Shown: positions 1 through 9,241, counted from the stretch's first letter. The stretch is 43,433 nt of DNA from Minisyncoccota bacterium (GCA_025453415.1 JALOQL010000002.1:1-43433), one strand, 5' to 3'. Made by a program: numbers and translations. The notes: generated by a model not told the origin, from the letters alone.

Positions 1-1960
1 CTTCCTGGCGCAACGCGCCCGTGTGATACAGAACCGATTCCGTAACGGGATGTCCCGGAAAAATTGCTTCCGCTTTTTTGGCCCAGACATAAGCTTCATC
101 CATCCTCCCCTGATAGAAATACGCCTGGACCAACTCCAGATACGCCTGTTGGTTTTGCGGCCAAACGGCAACCATATCGTTCAAAATCGTTTCAACCAGG
201 GGGAATTTCGATTTGTCCACTATGGCCCAAGAATTGTAAAGACGGGCCAGGGCAAGGTAAGACTGGTAATCATATGCGGAATCACGGCAGCTTTTCATCA
301 GTTCTTCCGCCAGATACGAAAAAATCGAATTCGCCTGGTTGTTGGTAAGCTTTGACGATACGGTTTCCTCCCGCAAAGAATACAGCCACTGGCCCGAAAA
401 AAACATCCGATTCTGATAAATGCCCAGCGGCGACACCTCCAAGGCGTTACGGTAAGCGTCGATCTTTGCCGGAGAGTGATACGGCTCCCGGACCGCATCA
501 ATCACCTTTTTATCGGCAACAGTCGGGCTGATCACAAAAACGCTGAAACAAAGTACCGCCGCGATCAATGGAACGATCAGTTGCGCCGGTTTGAACGACA
601 GCGAAGCAATCCCCGCGCCTTCGACGCGCGAGCTTCCCAAAAACATGATAAATCCAAGGCTAATGTAAAGCATCACATAGCTGGCCACCATGTCGAACAC
701 CGTAAGGTTTTGGACGAAATACGCCGCGAAAAGCGCCGTAAAAACGCCCGCGGCGGCGAAATCGGCCCGCTTGGCAAAATACGCCTTCCAAAGCGTGAAA
801 ATCGCGGCGGCGAACAGTACAGCATACGCGACAAGGCCGACCATGCCGGTCTCGACCATAGTATCAAGAATAATATTGTGCGCCCGGTCATACCAGAGAT
901 CGTCGCCGCATTCCTGCGACCCCAAGCACGGATTGAAATGTTTTGCGAACGCATAACCGAAATTCTCCGGTCCCCATCCCAGCATCGGCCTTTCCAAAAA
1001 ACTTTGCCAAGCAATATCCCAAACCACAAGACGGCTGCCAATGGCGCCCTTGCCGAATTCGGTGATTGCCGTCCGGTAAACCGCGTTGTCTTTCTGAAAC
1101 ACAAACGCAGCCCCCATCAGTCCCGCGGCAACCGCCAAAGCCAGGGCCGCAAGAGTGAACCGGCGCACCTCATTTTTTGCCGAAACCAACAACCGCAACA
1201 CCCCCAGCAAAAGCAATCCTCCGACCAAGGAAAACTTGGCCGCCCGGGCGCCGTTACGGACAATATCGGAGAAAAACCCGGCGGGAAGAGCATCGGACGA
1301 TCCCTTAACGGCGAAGGTCAACAAATACGTGCTTTCGAAAACCAAACAAAAAGATATCGCCAAAAATGCGGCCGCAGAGAATATTTTTAACCAACGATAC
1401 TCACGCCAACCGTGCGAAAAGAAAAGGTACAGCGCGAAAAACGCGTTGAACAAAAGATAGGTTCCCAGGAACGAATCATTGCCGATAAACCCCCCGCCGC
1501 GCGCGTTTTTTAAAGGATTGAACACCGCGTCGATGCCGATATAAACGGCGGCGGCGGTACTGACGCCAAATATCCAAACCCAATTTTTCCGGTCCAAAAC
1601 CCGGGATGCGACAATCGCGAACGCCGCAAGGTGGAAAAACATTAAGATACCGCTCATCCTTTCGAATTTGGACCAAAAACTCGAGGAAAAATTCGCGCCG
1701 AACGCCCCGCTGACGGAGATTACCGCCAAAAACAGCAGCAATGCGATCAACAGCGGATTTTTGATGTCCGGCCGGTATTCCTTCCACCGCCACGCAAGCA
1801 CGGCCCACATAAAGAAAGCGATTTCGGCGCATGCCATGAAAAACAGCCCTTTTGGCCCGACGAACGGATAGTAAAAATTCATATTTACCGCAAAGGGAGC
1901 CAATACCGCGGCAAATAAAAAGATCCTGATCGCGGCAACTAAAAAATATTTGGAATTCAT
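1..1960 (-). CDS. O-antigen ligase/polymerase-family (Wzy_C-type) polytopic membrane protein with C-terminal TPR-like tail; partial, C-terminus lies beyond the window start
   Basis: Not in the supplied ORF track because it is open at the window edge. Hand translation of the minus strand from ATG 1960-1958 (in-frame TGA four codons upstream) stays open down to base 2 (653 codons). It begins MNSKYFLVAAIRIFLFAAVLAPF and has many hydrophobic spans. Wzy_C-like core: WGPENFGYAFAKHF...WYDRAHNIILDTMVETGMVGLVAYAVLF. Helical-repeat tail: YLALARLYNSW...AYLELVQAYFYQGRMDEAYVWAKKAEAI. The plus ORF 476..1390 is its antisense shadow. Confidence 0.75.
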   Translation of the reverse strand, partial: MNSKYFLVAAIRIFLFAAVLAPFAVNMNFYYPFVGPKGLFFMACAEIAFFMWAVLAWRWKEYRPDIKNPLLIALLLFLAVISVSGAFGANFSSSFWSKFERMSGILMFFHLAAFAIVASRVLDRKNWVWIFGVSTAAAVYIGIDAVFNPLKNARGGGFIGNDSFLGTYLLFNAFFALYLFFSHGWREYRWLKIFSAAAFLAISFCLVFESTYLLTFAVKGSSDALPAGFFSDIVRNGARAAKFSLVGGLLLLGVLRLLVSAKNEVRRFTLAALALAVAAGLMGAAFVFQKDNAVYRTAITEFGKGAIGSRLVVWDIAWQSFLERPMLGWGPENFGYAFAKHFNPCLGSQECGDDLWYDRAHNIILDTMVETGMVGLVAYAVLFAAAIFTLWKAYFAKRADFAAAGVFTALFAAYFVQNLTVFDMVASYVMLYISLGFIMFLGSSRVEGAGIASLSFKPAQLIVPLIAAVLCFSVFVISPTVADKKVIDAVREPYHSPAKIDAYRNALEVSPLGIYQNRMFFSGQWLYSLREETVSSKLTNNQANSIFSYLAEELMKSCRDSAYDYQSYLALARLYNSWAIVDKSKFPLVETILNDMVAVWPQNQQAYLELVQAYFYQGRMDEAYVWAKKAEAIFPGHPVTESVLYHTGALRQE

Positions 1961-1983
1961 TTTTTTGTTTCAAAAAACCCGGC

Positions 1984-2733
1984 CTAGGGATTACGCCACC
2001 ATTGGATCGCGAATACGGCAAATATCCCGGCAAACAGGCCGGCAACAGCCGCCAGAAAAATTTTTAACCCCGGGCTTAAAGGCAGCTGCTCGATGGCGGA
2101 TGCCGGCTGGATGACGCGGGTGTATTTTATGGATGACAGCGCCAGCTGGGAACAATTTTCCGCCTCCTCCAGTCCTGAAATACCGGAATAACGATCCGCG
2201 CTTGCCGCAAAGGGAGCGGCGCCTGACTTTAATTTAGCCAGGTCTTCGCGGATCCTGGATAACCGGCCCTCGAAATATTGCCTTTCGCGGTCGGCGATCT
2301 GCCGGTGGTCTTCCTCGATTATGCGGCAGACTTCCGCCATATAATCCCTTGCCTTATCCGGGTCGGCCGAATTTACAGACAGAAAGATGACGTTGGTCCC
2401 CATCGGATTGGATGAAAATATCTTCACTGCGTTACCGCCGATATTTTTCCGAGCCTGGATGCCATAGATGTCCCTTTCGATCTTTTCTTTTATTTGAAGC
2501 GGCGGCTCGATCGATTGACTGCCGATACCGCTGCATGCATTGGCCATGGCGCCGATCTCGATCGCGGCGCTGATCTGATAATGCTTTGGCGACAATGCCG
2601 AATATGCCGCCGCGGCACCGACGGCCAAAACCATCGCAATGACGACGGCTCTTTTATTTCTCAAGACGGTCCGCACCAATTCTCGCAGGTCGATCTCCCC
2701 GTTTTCAATTGTTTTTGGTTGGCTTTCTTGCAT
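1984..2733 (-). CDS. wzz: Wzz-type polysaccharide chain-length determinant (PCP family, no kinase domain)
   Basis: 249 aa. N-terminal IDLRELVRTVLRNKRAVVIAMVLAVGAAAAY (TM1), long hydrophilic/coiled middle, C-terminal TM LKIFLAAVAGLFAGIFAVFAIQWW. This is the two-TM Wzz architecture, placed between the dehydratase and the ligase-like gene. Confidence 0.8.
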   Translation of the reverse strand: MQESQPKTIENGEIDLRELVRTVLRNKRAVVIAMVLAVGAAAAYSALSPKHYQISAAIEIGAMANACSGIGSQSIEPPLQIKEKIERDIYGIQARKNIGGNAVKIFSSNPMGTNVIFLSVNSADPDKARDYMAEVCRIIEEDHRQIADRERQYFEGRLSRIREDLAKLKSGAAPFAASADRYSGISGLEEAENCSQLALSSIKYTRVIQPASAIEQLPLSPGLKIFLAAVAGLFAGIFAVFAIQWWRNP

Positions 2734-2739
2734 ATGTGT

Positions 2740-4584
2740 TCAGTAATTAGGCACCAGACGTTTTAAAGATTCTTTATAGCATGCTTCGTTATCGGCCGCT
2801 GCCGGCCCTTTTACCATCCTCTCCAGTTCCCGCTCCAATGATGAACTGTCCACCTCGGCAAGCCGGGCGACAAAGATCTTGTTGCTCGAAGTCGCCCGCG
2901 CGTTCTCCTGGGCGGTCAACAGCTCCTCGAAAAGCTTCTCTCCCGGCCGGATGCCGATATATACGATCGGGATGTCCTTGTCCGGCTCGAACCCCGATAA
3001 TTTTATCATTTCCTTGGCCAGGTCGAGGATCTTTATCGGCTGGCCCATATCCAGCACAAACACTTCCCCGCCGGCACCCATTGCCCCGGCCTGCATCACC
3101 AAAAGGCACGCCTCGGAAGTGAGCATGAAATAGCGCTTCATTTCCGGATGCGTCACCTCGACCGGCCCGCCCCGTTTGATCTGCGCCCGGAATATCGGGA
3201 TCACGCTGCCGCGACTTCCCAGGACATTGCCGAACCGCACCGAAACGAATCTGGTCTCACCCTTGCCGTTAAGGTACTGGCAAACCATTTCGCCGATCCT
3301 TTTGGTCGCACCCATCACCGATGTGGGATTGATCGCCTTGTCGGTGGAAATGAAGATGAAGTTGCGGGCGCCGTGCTCGATCGCGGCCTCGCCCACGTTC
3401 TTGGTGCCGAATATGTTGTTGCGCACCGCTTCACCCGAGTTGGCTTCCATCAAAGGTACGTGTTTGTAGGCCGCGGCATGGAAAACTATCTGCGGTTTAT
3501 ATTCTCGGAATATCTCAAAAATACGGCCGCGATTCTGGATGTCGGCAACCATGGGCGCGACGCTCAAACCGGGAAAAAATTTCTTGAGCTCGTTTTCCAT
3601 ATTGAAAACGCCGGTCTCGTCCTGGTCCAAAACCACCAGCTTTTCCGGATCGAACTTGGCCACTTGGCGGCACAGTTCGGAACCGATCGAGCCGGCGGCG
3701 CCCGTGATCATCACGGTCTTGCCCCGTATAAACCCGCCGATCATGGCCGTGTCCAAAGATACCTGGTCGCGTTCCAAAAGGTCCTCCACCTCCACCCGGC
3801 GCACGTTGGCCAGCGTGACGTTACCGTTCATGATCTCGGCCATCGGCGGCACGATCTTTATTTTGGAAATGCCGGCTTTCTTCCCAAGCCGCACCGCTTC
3901 TTTGATAAGCTTCGAACCGGACGCCAGGGTGATGATGATCTCCTCGACGCCGTAGCCCGAAACCACCTTGGGAATATCCTCCAGCCGCCCCAGAACCTTA
4001 ATATCGTGGATGATGCTCCCCTGCCGCGATTCGAGCGGATCGACAAAACCCACCGGATGGTAATGGCTGCTTGTCGCGCCGATGATACTGCGCAAAAGCT
4101 GCTCGCCCGTGTCGCCCGCGCCGACGATGAGTATCCGCGAACGGCCTTCGCTGGTCTTGGGCTTGAAAAGGTACAAATAGATCCTTTTGGCAAAACGCAA
4201 GGCGCCGCAAAAAACGAAGATGAAAAATGCCGCGATGAATATGGTCGAACGCGGAAACCCCGAAAACAGGCTAAAATTCTTAAAAACAAAAAGGAGCGCG
4301 ATCTGGGAAAGCAAAGCGATGCCCGTGGCGCGCGTGATCCCGATCAGTTCCTGGGTGCTCACGTAAGACCAGGAAAACGAATACAGGCGGTTCGCGACAA
4401 ACGACGGCAGATAAAATATCCATCCCAGCACCACCAACCGCAGGATGTTTTGGTAATATTGGCCGGGAATCTGGGCCTCGAAACGCACCATGAAGGCCAG
4501 CCAAACCGAAAGGGCGATCAGGATTGCATCGCAAACGAAAAAGAATATCTTTTTATTTTTCGCTAAAACGTTGATTATGCCCAT
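2740..4584 (-). CDS. Membrane-anchored NDP-sugar (UDP-GlcNAc) 4,6-dehydratase, CapD/WbpM/PglF family
   Basis: 614 aa. Hydrophobic N-terminal region, then two Rossmann motifs ILIVGAGDTGEQL and VMITGAAGSIGSEL. FHAAAYKHVPLME covers the YxxxK region. SD AGGAGGGG (rc of 4591-4598) lies 6 nt before the ATG. Confidence 0.9.
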   Translation of the reverse strand: MGIINVLAKNKKIFFFVCDAILIALSVWLAFMVRFEAQIPGQYYQNILRLVVLGWIFYLPSFVANRLYSFSWSYVSTQELIGITRATGIALLSQIALLFVFKNFSLFSGFPRSTIFIAAFFIFVFCGALRFAKRIYLYLFKPKTSEGRSRILIVGAGDTGEQLLRSIIGATSSHYHPVGFVDPLESRQGSIIHDIKVLGRLEDIPKVVSGYGVEEIIITLASGSKLIKEAVRLGKKAGISKIKIVPPMAEIMNGNVTLANVRRVEVEDLLERDQVSLDTAMIGGFIRGKTVMITGAAGSIGSELCRQVAKFDPEKLVVLDQDETGVFNMENELKKFFPGLSVAPMVADIQNRGRIFEIFREYKPQIVFHAAAYKHVPLMEANSGEAVRNNIFGTKNVGEAAIEHGARNFIFISTDKAINPTSVMGATKRIGEMVCQYLNGKGETRFVSVRFGNVLGSRGSVIPIFRAQIKRGGPVEVTHPEMKRYFMLTSEACLLVMQAGAMGAGGEVFVLDMGQPIKILDLAKEMIKLSGFEPDKDIPIVYIGIRPGEKLFEELLTAQENARATSSNKIFVARLAEVDSSSLERELERMVKGPAAADNEACYKESLKRLVPNY

Positions 4585-4607
4585 GGAAAGCCCCTCCTAC
4601 CCAAAAA

Positions 4608-5747
4608 TTATTTTTTAGCTTTTTTCGCCGGCGCGAAGAATTCCCTGACGCAGGCAATGACGTAATCGACTTCGGCGTCGGTAAGCTCCGGATAGATCGG
4701 CAAACGCACCAATTCCTTGGCGATGCGCTCGGTCACCGGCAAATCGAATTGCTCCAGCCCCAGACCCGGCAATTTGTGGTTGGGCGTGGTATCGCGGATC
4801 AGCAGCTCAACATTCTTGGACTGCATGAATTTCTTGAACTTCCAGATGTCGGGAACCTTGATGATGTATTCCTGGAAAATTTGCTGCGGCTGCTGCGTCG
4901 GCAATTCGATGGGCAGGTCTTTGAGCCCCTTCTCGTATTTCATGCCGATCGCCCGACGGCGGCGCAGCATCGCCGGATAGTATTTTATCTTGATGTTCAA
5001 TATCGCGGCCTGGATGTTGTCCAGCCGTGAATTGTAACCCCAATCCATTATTTTAGGCGCCTTGGGCTGGTGCCCCAGCAAGGCATTCTGCGTAATGTTC
5101 CAGTGGTTGCGCAAAAGCAGAAGTTTTTCATAGACCTTCCTGTCGTTGGTGATGATTCCGCCCGCGTCGCCCGCCCCACCCAAAGTCTTGGGGGAAATGA
5201 ACGAGAAACATCCGGTCGCGGCAAATGTCCCGGCTTGTTTTTTACCCAAATAAGCGCCCAGCGCCTGGCAGGCATCCTCAACCACCCACAAATTGTGTTT
5301 TTTGGCGATTGCCATGATCCGGGGCATATCGCAAACCTTGCCCGACAGATGCACCGGCACGATCCCCACGGTTTTTTCGGTAATGAGCCCCTCGAGCAGA
5401 TCGACGTTCATCAACGCGTCCTCGCCCACGTCAATCAATATCGGCTTGGCGCCCAAATGGACAATCTCCTCGATCGGCGCTAAAAACGTGTGCGACGGCA
5501 CGATCACCTCGTCGCCGGGCTTGATGCCCAGCGCCTTGTAGGAGATCTTCAAGGCATCGGTGCCGGAGTTGACGCCGACGGCGTATTTGGCGCCGCAAAA
5601 ATCAGCCAGGTTTTTCTCGAACTTGTCCACGTCCTCGCGCAAAACAAAATCCCCTTTCGAGAAGCATTTGTCCAAGGCCTTTAATATCTGGTCCTTATGG
5701 GCGGCGTAGTAACGGCGGTAACTGGAATTTATAAAATCAACCTTCAT
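4608..5747 (-). CDS. DegT/DnrJ/EryC1/StrS-family PLP aminotransferase (likely 4-keto-6-deoxy sugar 4-aminotransferase, PglE/WecE-like, by context)
   Basis: 379 aa. Motifs: GVNSGTDALKISYKALGIKPGDEVIVPSHTF, EDACQALGA, and the PLP-lysine region FSFISPKTLGGAGDAGGIITND. It sits directly upstream of the 4,6-dehydratase in the same block. A minus-strand TATAAT (rc of 5779-5784) lies 32 nt upstream of the ATG. Confidence 0.9.
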   Translation of the reverse strand: MKVDFINSSYRRYYAAHKDQILKALDKCFSKGDFVLREDVDKFEKNLADFCGAKYAVGVNSGTDALKISYKALGIKPGDEVIVPSHTFLAPIEEIVHLGAKPILIDVGEDALMNVDLLEGLITEKTVGIVPVHLSGKVCDMPRIMAIAKKHNLWVVEDACQALGAYLGKKQAGTFAATGCFSFISPKTLGGAGDAGGIITNDRKVYEKLLLLRNHWNITQNALLGHQPKAPKIMDWGYNSRLDNIQAAILNIKIKYYPAMLRRRRAIGMKYEKGLKDLPIELPTQQPQQIFQEYIIKVPDIWKFKKFMQSKNVELLIRDTTPNHKLPGLGLEQFDLPVTERIAKELVRLPIYPELTDAEVDYVIACVREFFAPAKKAKK

Positions 5748-5809
5748 TTTTTTGTAGGTTATAATTGATTACACTTTGATTATAAGCACAAAATTGATCA
5801 AAAAGAAAC

Positions 5810-5838
5810 TTGACAAAATTAAAAAATGACTGTATTTT
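5810..5838 (+). promoter_or_regulatory. Sigma70-like promoter for the plus-strand orphan gene
   Basis: TTGACA (5810-5815), 17-nt spacer, TATTTT (5833-5838) preceded by TG. AAGGAGG (5854-5860) lies 7 nt before ATG 5868. This is a pattern match only. Confidence 0.45.
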
Positions 5839-5867
5839 CTTGCCAGCGAGCTTAAGGAGGGCTCAAC

Positions 5868-6782
5868 ATGAAGATCTTTAAAACAAAATCATATTCAAAC
5901 CAAGGAACATCTCCGATTAAAGGTGTTCGCATTGTGGATTTAAGCCGAATATTTGGAGTGATTCAGGCCACAAATGAAGTATTTCTTCCTTCAATAGGAC
6001 CTAAAATCAGATATAATGGCCTCACTGGCGCAGAGCTGATGGCGGCGTCGATATTAAGAGATTTAGCCGGTTCGGAGCTTAGCTGCAAGAATATTGATCC
6101 AGTCGCAATACTGACCACGGTAAACCGCAAATTGCGGTCATTGTTACCCAATAAAGAAATGATCACACACACGCCTGCCTTTCTTCCTTACGCAAGATTC
6201 GCCCTGCTGTTTATTAGCGACAACGGCAAAGCCGAGGTCATTGCCGGAGGAGATTGTCAGGCGATTGCCCAAACTACGGAAGGAAAACTTCTTTGGACCG
6301 AAAACCAAGCTGGCCCCTACGATCTCGAGAATTATCGGATAATTGGCCTGCACATGGATGCACAAACAAAGAAATACGCCTCTGAAAATAAAATGGCGAT
6401 AGATGATCTCAAACGAGAAAACATCGAAAAAATCCGTGAAGCGATGTGGAAAAGATTTGCTCCGGAATTAGTTGATCGCCGCAACCGCGCAATCAACTCA
6501 ACTTTCGCTGCGCTCAACGGCAATCTTAGAATCACACAACGCTGGCAAAGATTGCCCTTAGGAAATCTGACCGATATTGAAAGAATTATCTGTTACACCG
6601 GGGGCTTTGTTAATATCGCAGCAACACAAAACATGAGAACCTTGGCGCACAAAATAATCAGCGATTACGATATGCACGGATTGAGATCGACCGTTCAAAC
6701 TGCCCAGAACATGTTCTCTCTCAATTGCCGCATGGCTCATATCACTAAACGTGAGGTTGGTGTAATGGTAATCGAGCCATGA
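5868..6782 (+). CDS. Hypothetical protein (orphan; faint, degenerate SpoIIE/PP2C-like resemblance)
   Basis: 304-aa ORF and the only plus-strand gene, with a strong SD. Hand-counted G+C is 21/60, 29/60, 21/60 and 25/60 on lines 5881, 6001, 6361 and 6601, versus 32/60 (line 3601) and 34/60 (line 7021) in the flanks. Weak PP2C/SpoIIE-like strings: NGLTGAELMAASILRDL, ARFALLFISDNGKAEVIAGGDCQAI, IICYTGGFVNI and C-terminal EVGVMVIEP. Several expected metal-binding Asp residues are not conserved. Confidence 0.6.
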   Translation: MKIFKTKSYSNQGTSPIKGVRIVDLSRIFGVIQATNEVFLPSIGPKIRYNGLTGAELMAASILRDLAGSELSCKNIDPVAILTTVNRKLRSLLPNKEMITHTPAFLPYARFALLFISDNGKAEVIAGGDCQAIAQTTEGKLLWTENQAGPYDLENYRIIGLHMDAQTKKYASENKMAIDDLKRENIEKIREAMWKRFAPELVDRRNRAINSTFAALNGNLRITQRWQRLPLGNLTDIERIICYTGGFVNIAATQNMRTLAHKIISDYDMHGLRSTVQTAQNMFSLNCRMAHITKREVGVMVIEP

Positions 6783-6816
6783 AGCTCCGAAACTAACACT
6801 TTTTGAGCTTTTTCTA

Positions 6817-7692
6817 TTACATAAGGCCAAAATGCCGGAGAACTTCCAGGATGCCGTTTTGGTCCACGTGCGGGCCGATGAAATTACGTTCTTTGTCGCG
6901 CCTTGAGACATTTTCCAAAACCTGCGGCACCGCATTTTCCAGCGTGGCGCGATAGCCGCAAAGCTTCATGAATTCCCAATCGACAACGCCATCGCCCGCG
7001 CCCAGAACATTCTCGAACGGAATACCCATATCGCCAATCAATCGCTCCAAACCGGTGGCCTTTGATATGCCCGCGGGCCCGAAAAAACCATAATGATATC
7101 CTTCCAGGAATAAATTATTTCCCCACAGCAAATTCAACCGGCCGCTAAACCCTCGGTAAATCCTTTCCATCGCTTCTTTGGCGCCGCTTTCTTTTGACTC
7201 GCCGGAAACATACAAAACATTTTTGCCGCAAACCGCTTCGACCAGGGATTCGACCGCTTCCGGCGTGATCTGCACCGACGCGGACAATAATTGGTTTATT
7301 TTGTTCCCCGCCTGGTCTTCTTGGACAAAGTAGCTTTCGGGAGTGAAGAAATTGGTAACGATCCCCTCTTGTAGCAGCTGCTGCACCAATCGCGACGAGT
7401 CCTCCTGTGAAACCGTTTTACATTCAAAAATTTCCCCCGACAGCGGGTTCATCGTCAAGCTGCCCATGTCGCCGATATGAAAGTTATTCAAATTCGCTTC
7501 TTTGATGATTGCGGCATTCGTCGGCGCGTAAAACGGCCGGCCGGTGCACAAAATCACCGGGGTCCCGGATTCTTTAATATTTTTTAGCGCGGCGATTATC
7601 TCCGGGCAAGGATCGGGAAAATTTTTTCCGCCCTTGAACCCGACCAGGATTCCGTCAACGTCCAGGACCACCGCCCGTATTTCGGACTTCAT
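6817..7692 (-). CDS. HAD-superfamily phosphatase, Cof/HAD-IIB type
   Basis: 291 aa. Motif I VVLDVDGILVG (DxD), LCTGRP, GISKATGL and GAGDGVVDWEFM, with a large cap insertion between motifs II and III. Confidence 0.85.
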   Translation of the reverse strand: MKSEIRAVVLDVDGILVGFKGGKNFPDPCPEIIAALKNIKESGTPVILCTGRPFYAPTNAAIIKEANLNNFHIGDMGSLTMNPLSGEIFECKTVSQEDSSRLVQQLLQEGIVTNFFTPESYFVQEDQAGNKINQLLSASVQITPEAVESLVEAVCGKNVLYVSGESKESGAKEAMERIYRGFSGRLNLLWGNNLFLEGYHYGFFGPAGISKATGLERLIGDMGIPFENVLGAGDGVVDWEFMKLCGYRATLENAVPQVLENVSRRDKERNFIGPHVDQNGILEVLRHFGLM

Positions 7693-8378
7693 GTTTTGGA
7701 AAAATAATTATTCAAAATCGCGGCCACCCGTTCCTTGAATTTCAGTTGATCGGTGATATTATTATCGACTTCCAAAGCGATCACTTCCCCGAATTCGCCT
7801 TTGGGCAATGACGATAAGTAATTGAAATCTTTCATGTCTTTGACGAAATGGACATCGTGATCGCCGATTTGGGAATAACCGCCCAAATGATTGCTGGAAA
7901 CTTTCGTGCCTTTGCGGGAGAGAATATAAAAAGCTTCGCCGGCGCCGCGGCTTATCGCCGCTTTCAAATGGGCCAGATCAACACAAAATCCGCCGATCTT
8001 TGAAACGTCGACATTCGCCGCGATCCGGTCGTCATAGTTCATTTCCAGGTATAATTTATCCCAATAACCCTGCCACCGGCTTAAAATATCAAAATTGCTT
8101 TCGTGAACATTGAAAAACTTCGTTTTGAATTTGTTGATGAAAAAATCGATTTCGGAGGCATCGGCATCGTGGCGCAAATGAACCAGCGGCACCGATTTGA
8201 TGCTTGATCTTAAAAGCGCGGCGTATAATTTATGCCGTTCGCCCCTTTCGAGCCTTTCTACGAAAACGGCGGCGGCGGCGATCCCCTGCCGGTTTATGTC
8301 GCGAACCTTGCGCCGCCAGCCGGAACCCTGCCCGGTGACGCTCACAAATATTCTTTGTTTAAAATCGATTTCTTCCAT
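7689..8378 (-). CDS. Hypothetical protein (possibly a metal-dependent TIM-barrel-like enzyme)
   Basis: The track ORF 7689..8561 overlaps the EamA gene by 172 nt in another frame. The first ATG clear of it is 8378 (MEEIDFKQRIF...), 11 nt after the EamA stop. It has a 4-nt ATGA overlap with the HAD gene. 229 aa with scattered H/D/E-rich strings HLRHDAD, NVHES, VDLAHL and NHLGGY. Family not recognised. Confidence 0.6.
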   Translation of the reverse strand: MEEIDFKQRIFVSVTGQGSGWRRKVRDINRQGIAAAAVFVERLERGERHKLYAALLRSSIKSVPLVHLRHDADASEIDFFINKFKTKFFNVHESNFDILSRWQGYWDKLYLEMNYDDRIAANVDVSKIGGFCVDLAHLKAAISRGAGEAFYILSRKGTKVSSNHLGGYSQIGDHDVHFVKDMKDFNYLSSLPKGEFGEVIALEVDNNITDQLKFKERVAAILNNYFSKT

Positions 8379-8389
8379 GGCCGGATTGG

Positions 8390-9241
8390 TTAGATCATGA
8401 TTATTATCAACCCCGCGGTCACGCCCGCGATACCCAGGCTTTTCTTCCGCGTTAGCTCGTCGCCGAAAAGCTTGACCGCCAGCAAGCTGATGATGGCCAC
8501 ATTGGCAATATGGATCGCGTTGACATAGCCCATGTTGGGCGCGTGCGTGAAGGCGTTCCACATGAAAATGTTGCCGAATCCCGAAGCAACGCCCATCAGC
8601 AGGAGCGGTCCCGCCTGTTTTTTATGGTCCAGAATGTTAATTTTGCGCAACATGGTCTCAGCATAAAAAAACGATAGCGACAACAGCATCGACCAGAACA
8701 AAAATACCAGCTGGTTTATCCCCGCCAACGTCGCGTATTTCACCGTAATCGATAACGCCGCGTAGGCAAAAAACGCCCCGAAAGAATATTTGGCCCAATG
8801 CCGGCCCGTTGCCTTTCTTTTCCCTTTTTCATTAGCCAAGATCAATAATTGGCTCGCTAAAATAAGCGCCACGCCGGCAATCTTGGCCCACGAAAACTCC
8901 CCGCCAAAAAGGAAAATGGATGCGGCTAAAGTGATCACCACATAGCTTTTGACGATCGCGGTACTATAACCGGGATTCGGGGCGCGATTGAACCCCCGGA
9001 TGCTGGAAGCGTTGCCGGCATAAATGCAAACCGCGGCGAAAACAACCAAAAAATATGCTCCCGGCGCCGATGTTCCAATTCCGGTGGCCGCGCCCGCGAC
9101 GAGAAAAACCAAAACCGCCACCGCGTAAGTGGCGAAATTGATCACTGAAAACGGCACGCCCGCGCGCCAGGTGGTCTTGCCGAGAACCTGCGTCAAAACG
9201 AAAAACATCAGCGCTAGCAAACTCTCGACAACCCAATTCAT
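8390..9241 (-). CDS. EamA/DMT-superfamily membrane transporter (two EamA halves, about 10 TM)
   Basis: 283 aa and almost entirely hydrophobic spans. There are two homologous halves, each carrying APNPGYSTAIVKS or APNMGYVNAIHIA. 4-nt overlap with the E1-beta stop. Confidence 0.85.
   Translation of the reverse strand: MNWVVESLLALMFFVLTQVLGKTTWRAGVPFSVINFATYAVAVLVFLVAGAATGIGTSAPGAYFLVVFAAVCIYAGNASSIRGFNRAPNPGYSTAIVKSYVVITLAASIFLFGGEFSWAKIAGVALILASQLLILANEKGKRKATGRHWAKYSFGAFFAYAALSITVKYATLAGINQLVFLFWSMLLSLSFFYAETMLRKINILDHKKQAGPLLLMGVASGFGNIFMWNAFTHAPNMGYVNAIHIANVAIISLLAVKLFGDELTRKKSLGIAGVTAGLIIIMI

Noticed and set aside
476-1390. 304-aa plus-strand ORF, the longest listed ORF in the first 2 kb
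   Set aside because: The opposite strand carries an open 653-codon frame with clear Wzy_C and TPR-like features. The track omits that frame only because it runs off the edge. The plus ORF product is R/K/Q-rich and non-globular.
3148-4566. 472-aa plus-strand ORF lying entirely inside the CapD/PglF-type dehydratase gene
   Set aside because: It is the antisense shadow of a confidently recognised minus-strand gene. The translation is R/H/G/D/F-rich with no recognisable motif, and no SD or promoter precedes it. The same pattern recurs opposite every long minus-strand gene.
6782-6810. Possible bidirectional terminator between the convergent genes 5868..6782 and 6817..7692
   Set aside because: The stem is only 6 bp (aagctc / gagctt) with a 17-nt loop, which is too weak to call.
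8379-8561. N-terminal extensions in the ORF track: 8379-8561, 22397-22462, 27773-27865, 30012-30086 and 40152-40250
   Set aside because: Each extension overlaps the upstream gene by 53-172 nt in another frame and adds an R/C/H-rich, non-homologous leader. An internal ATG sits at or just after the upstream stop and begins exactly at the conserved N-terminal motif, for example MKCIITGGAGFIGS and MKFVIIGTG.
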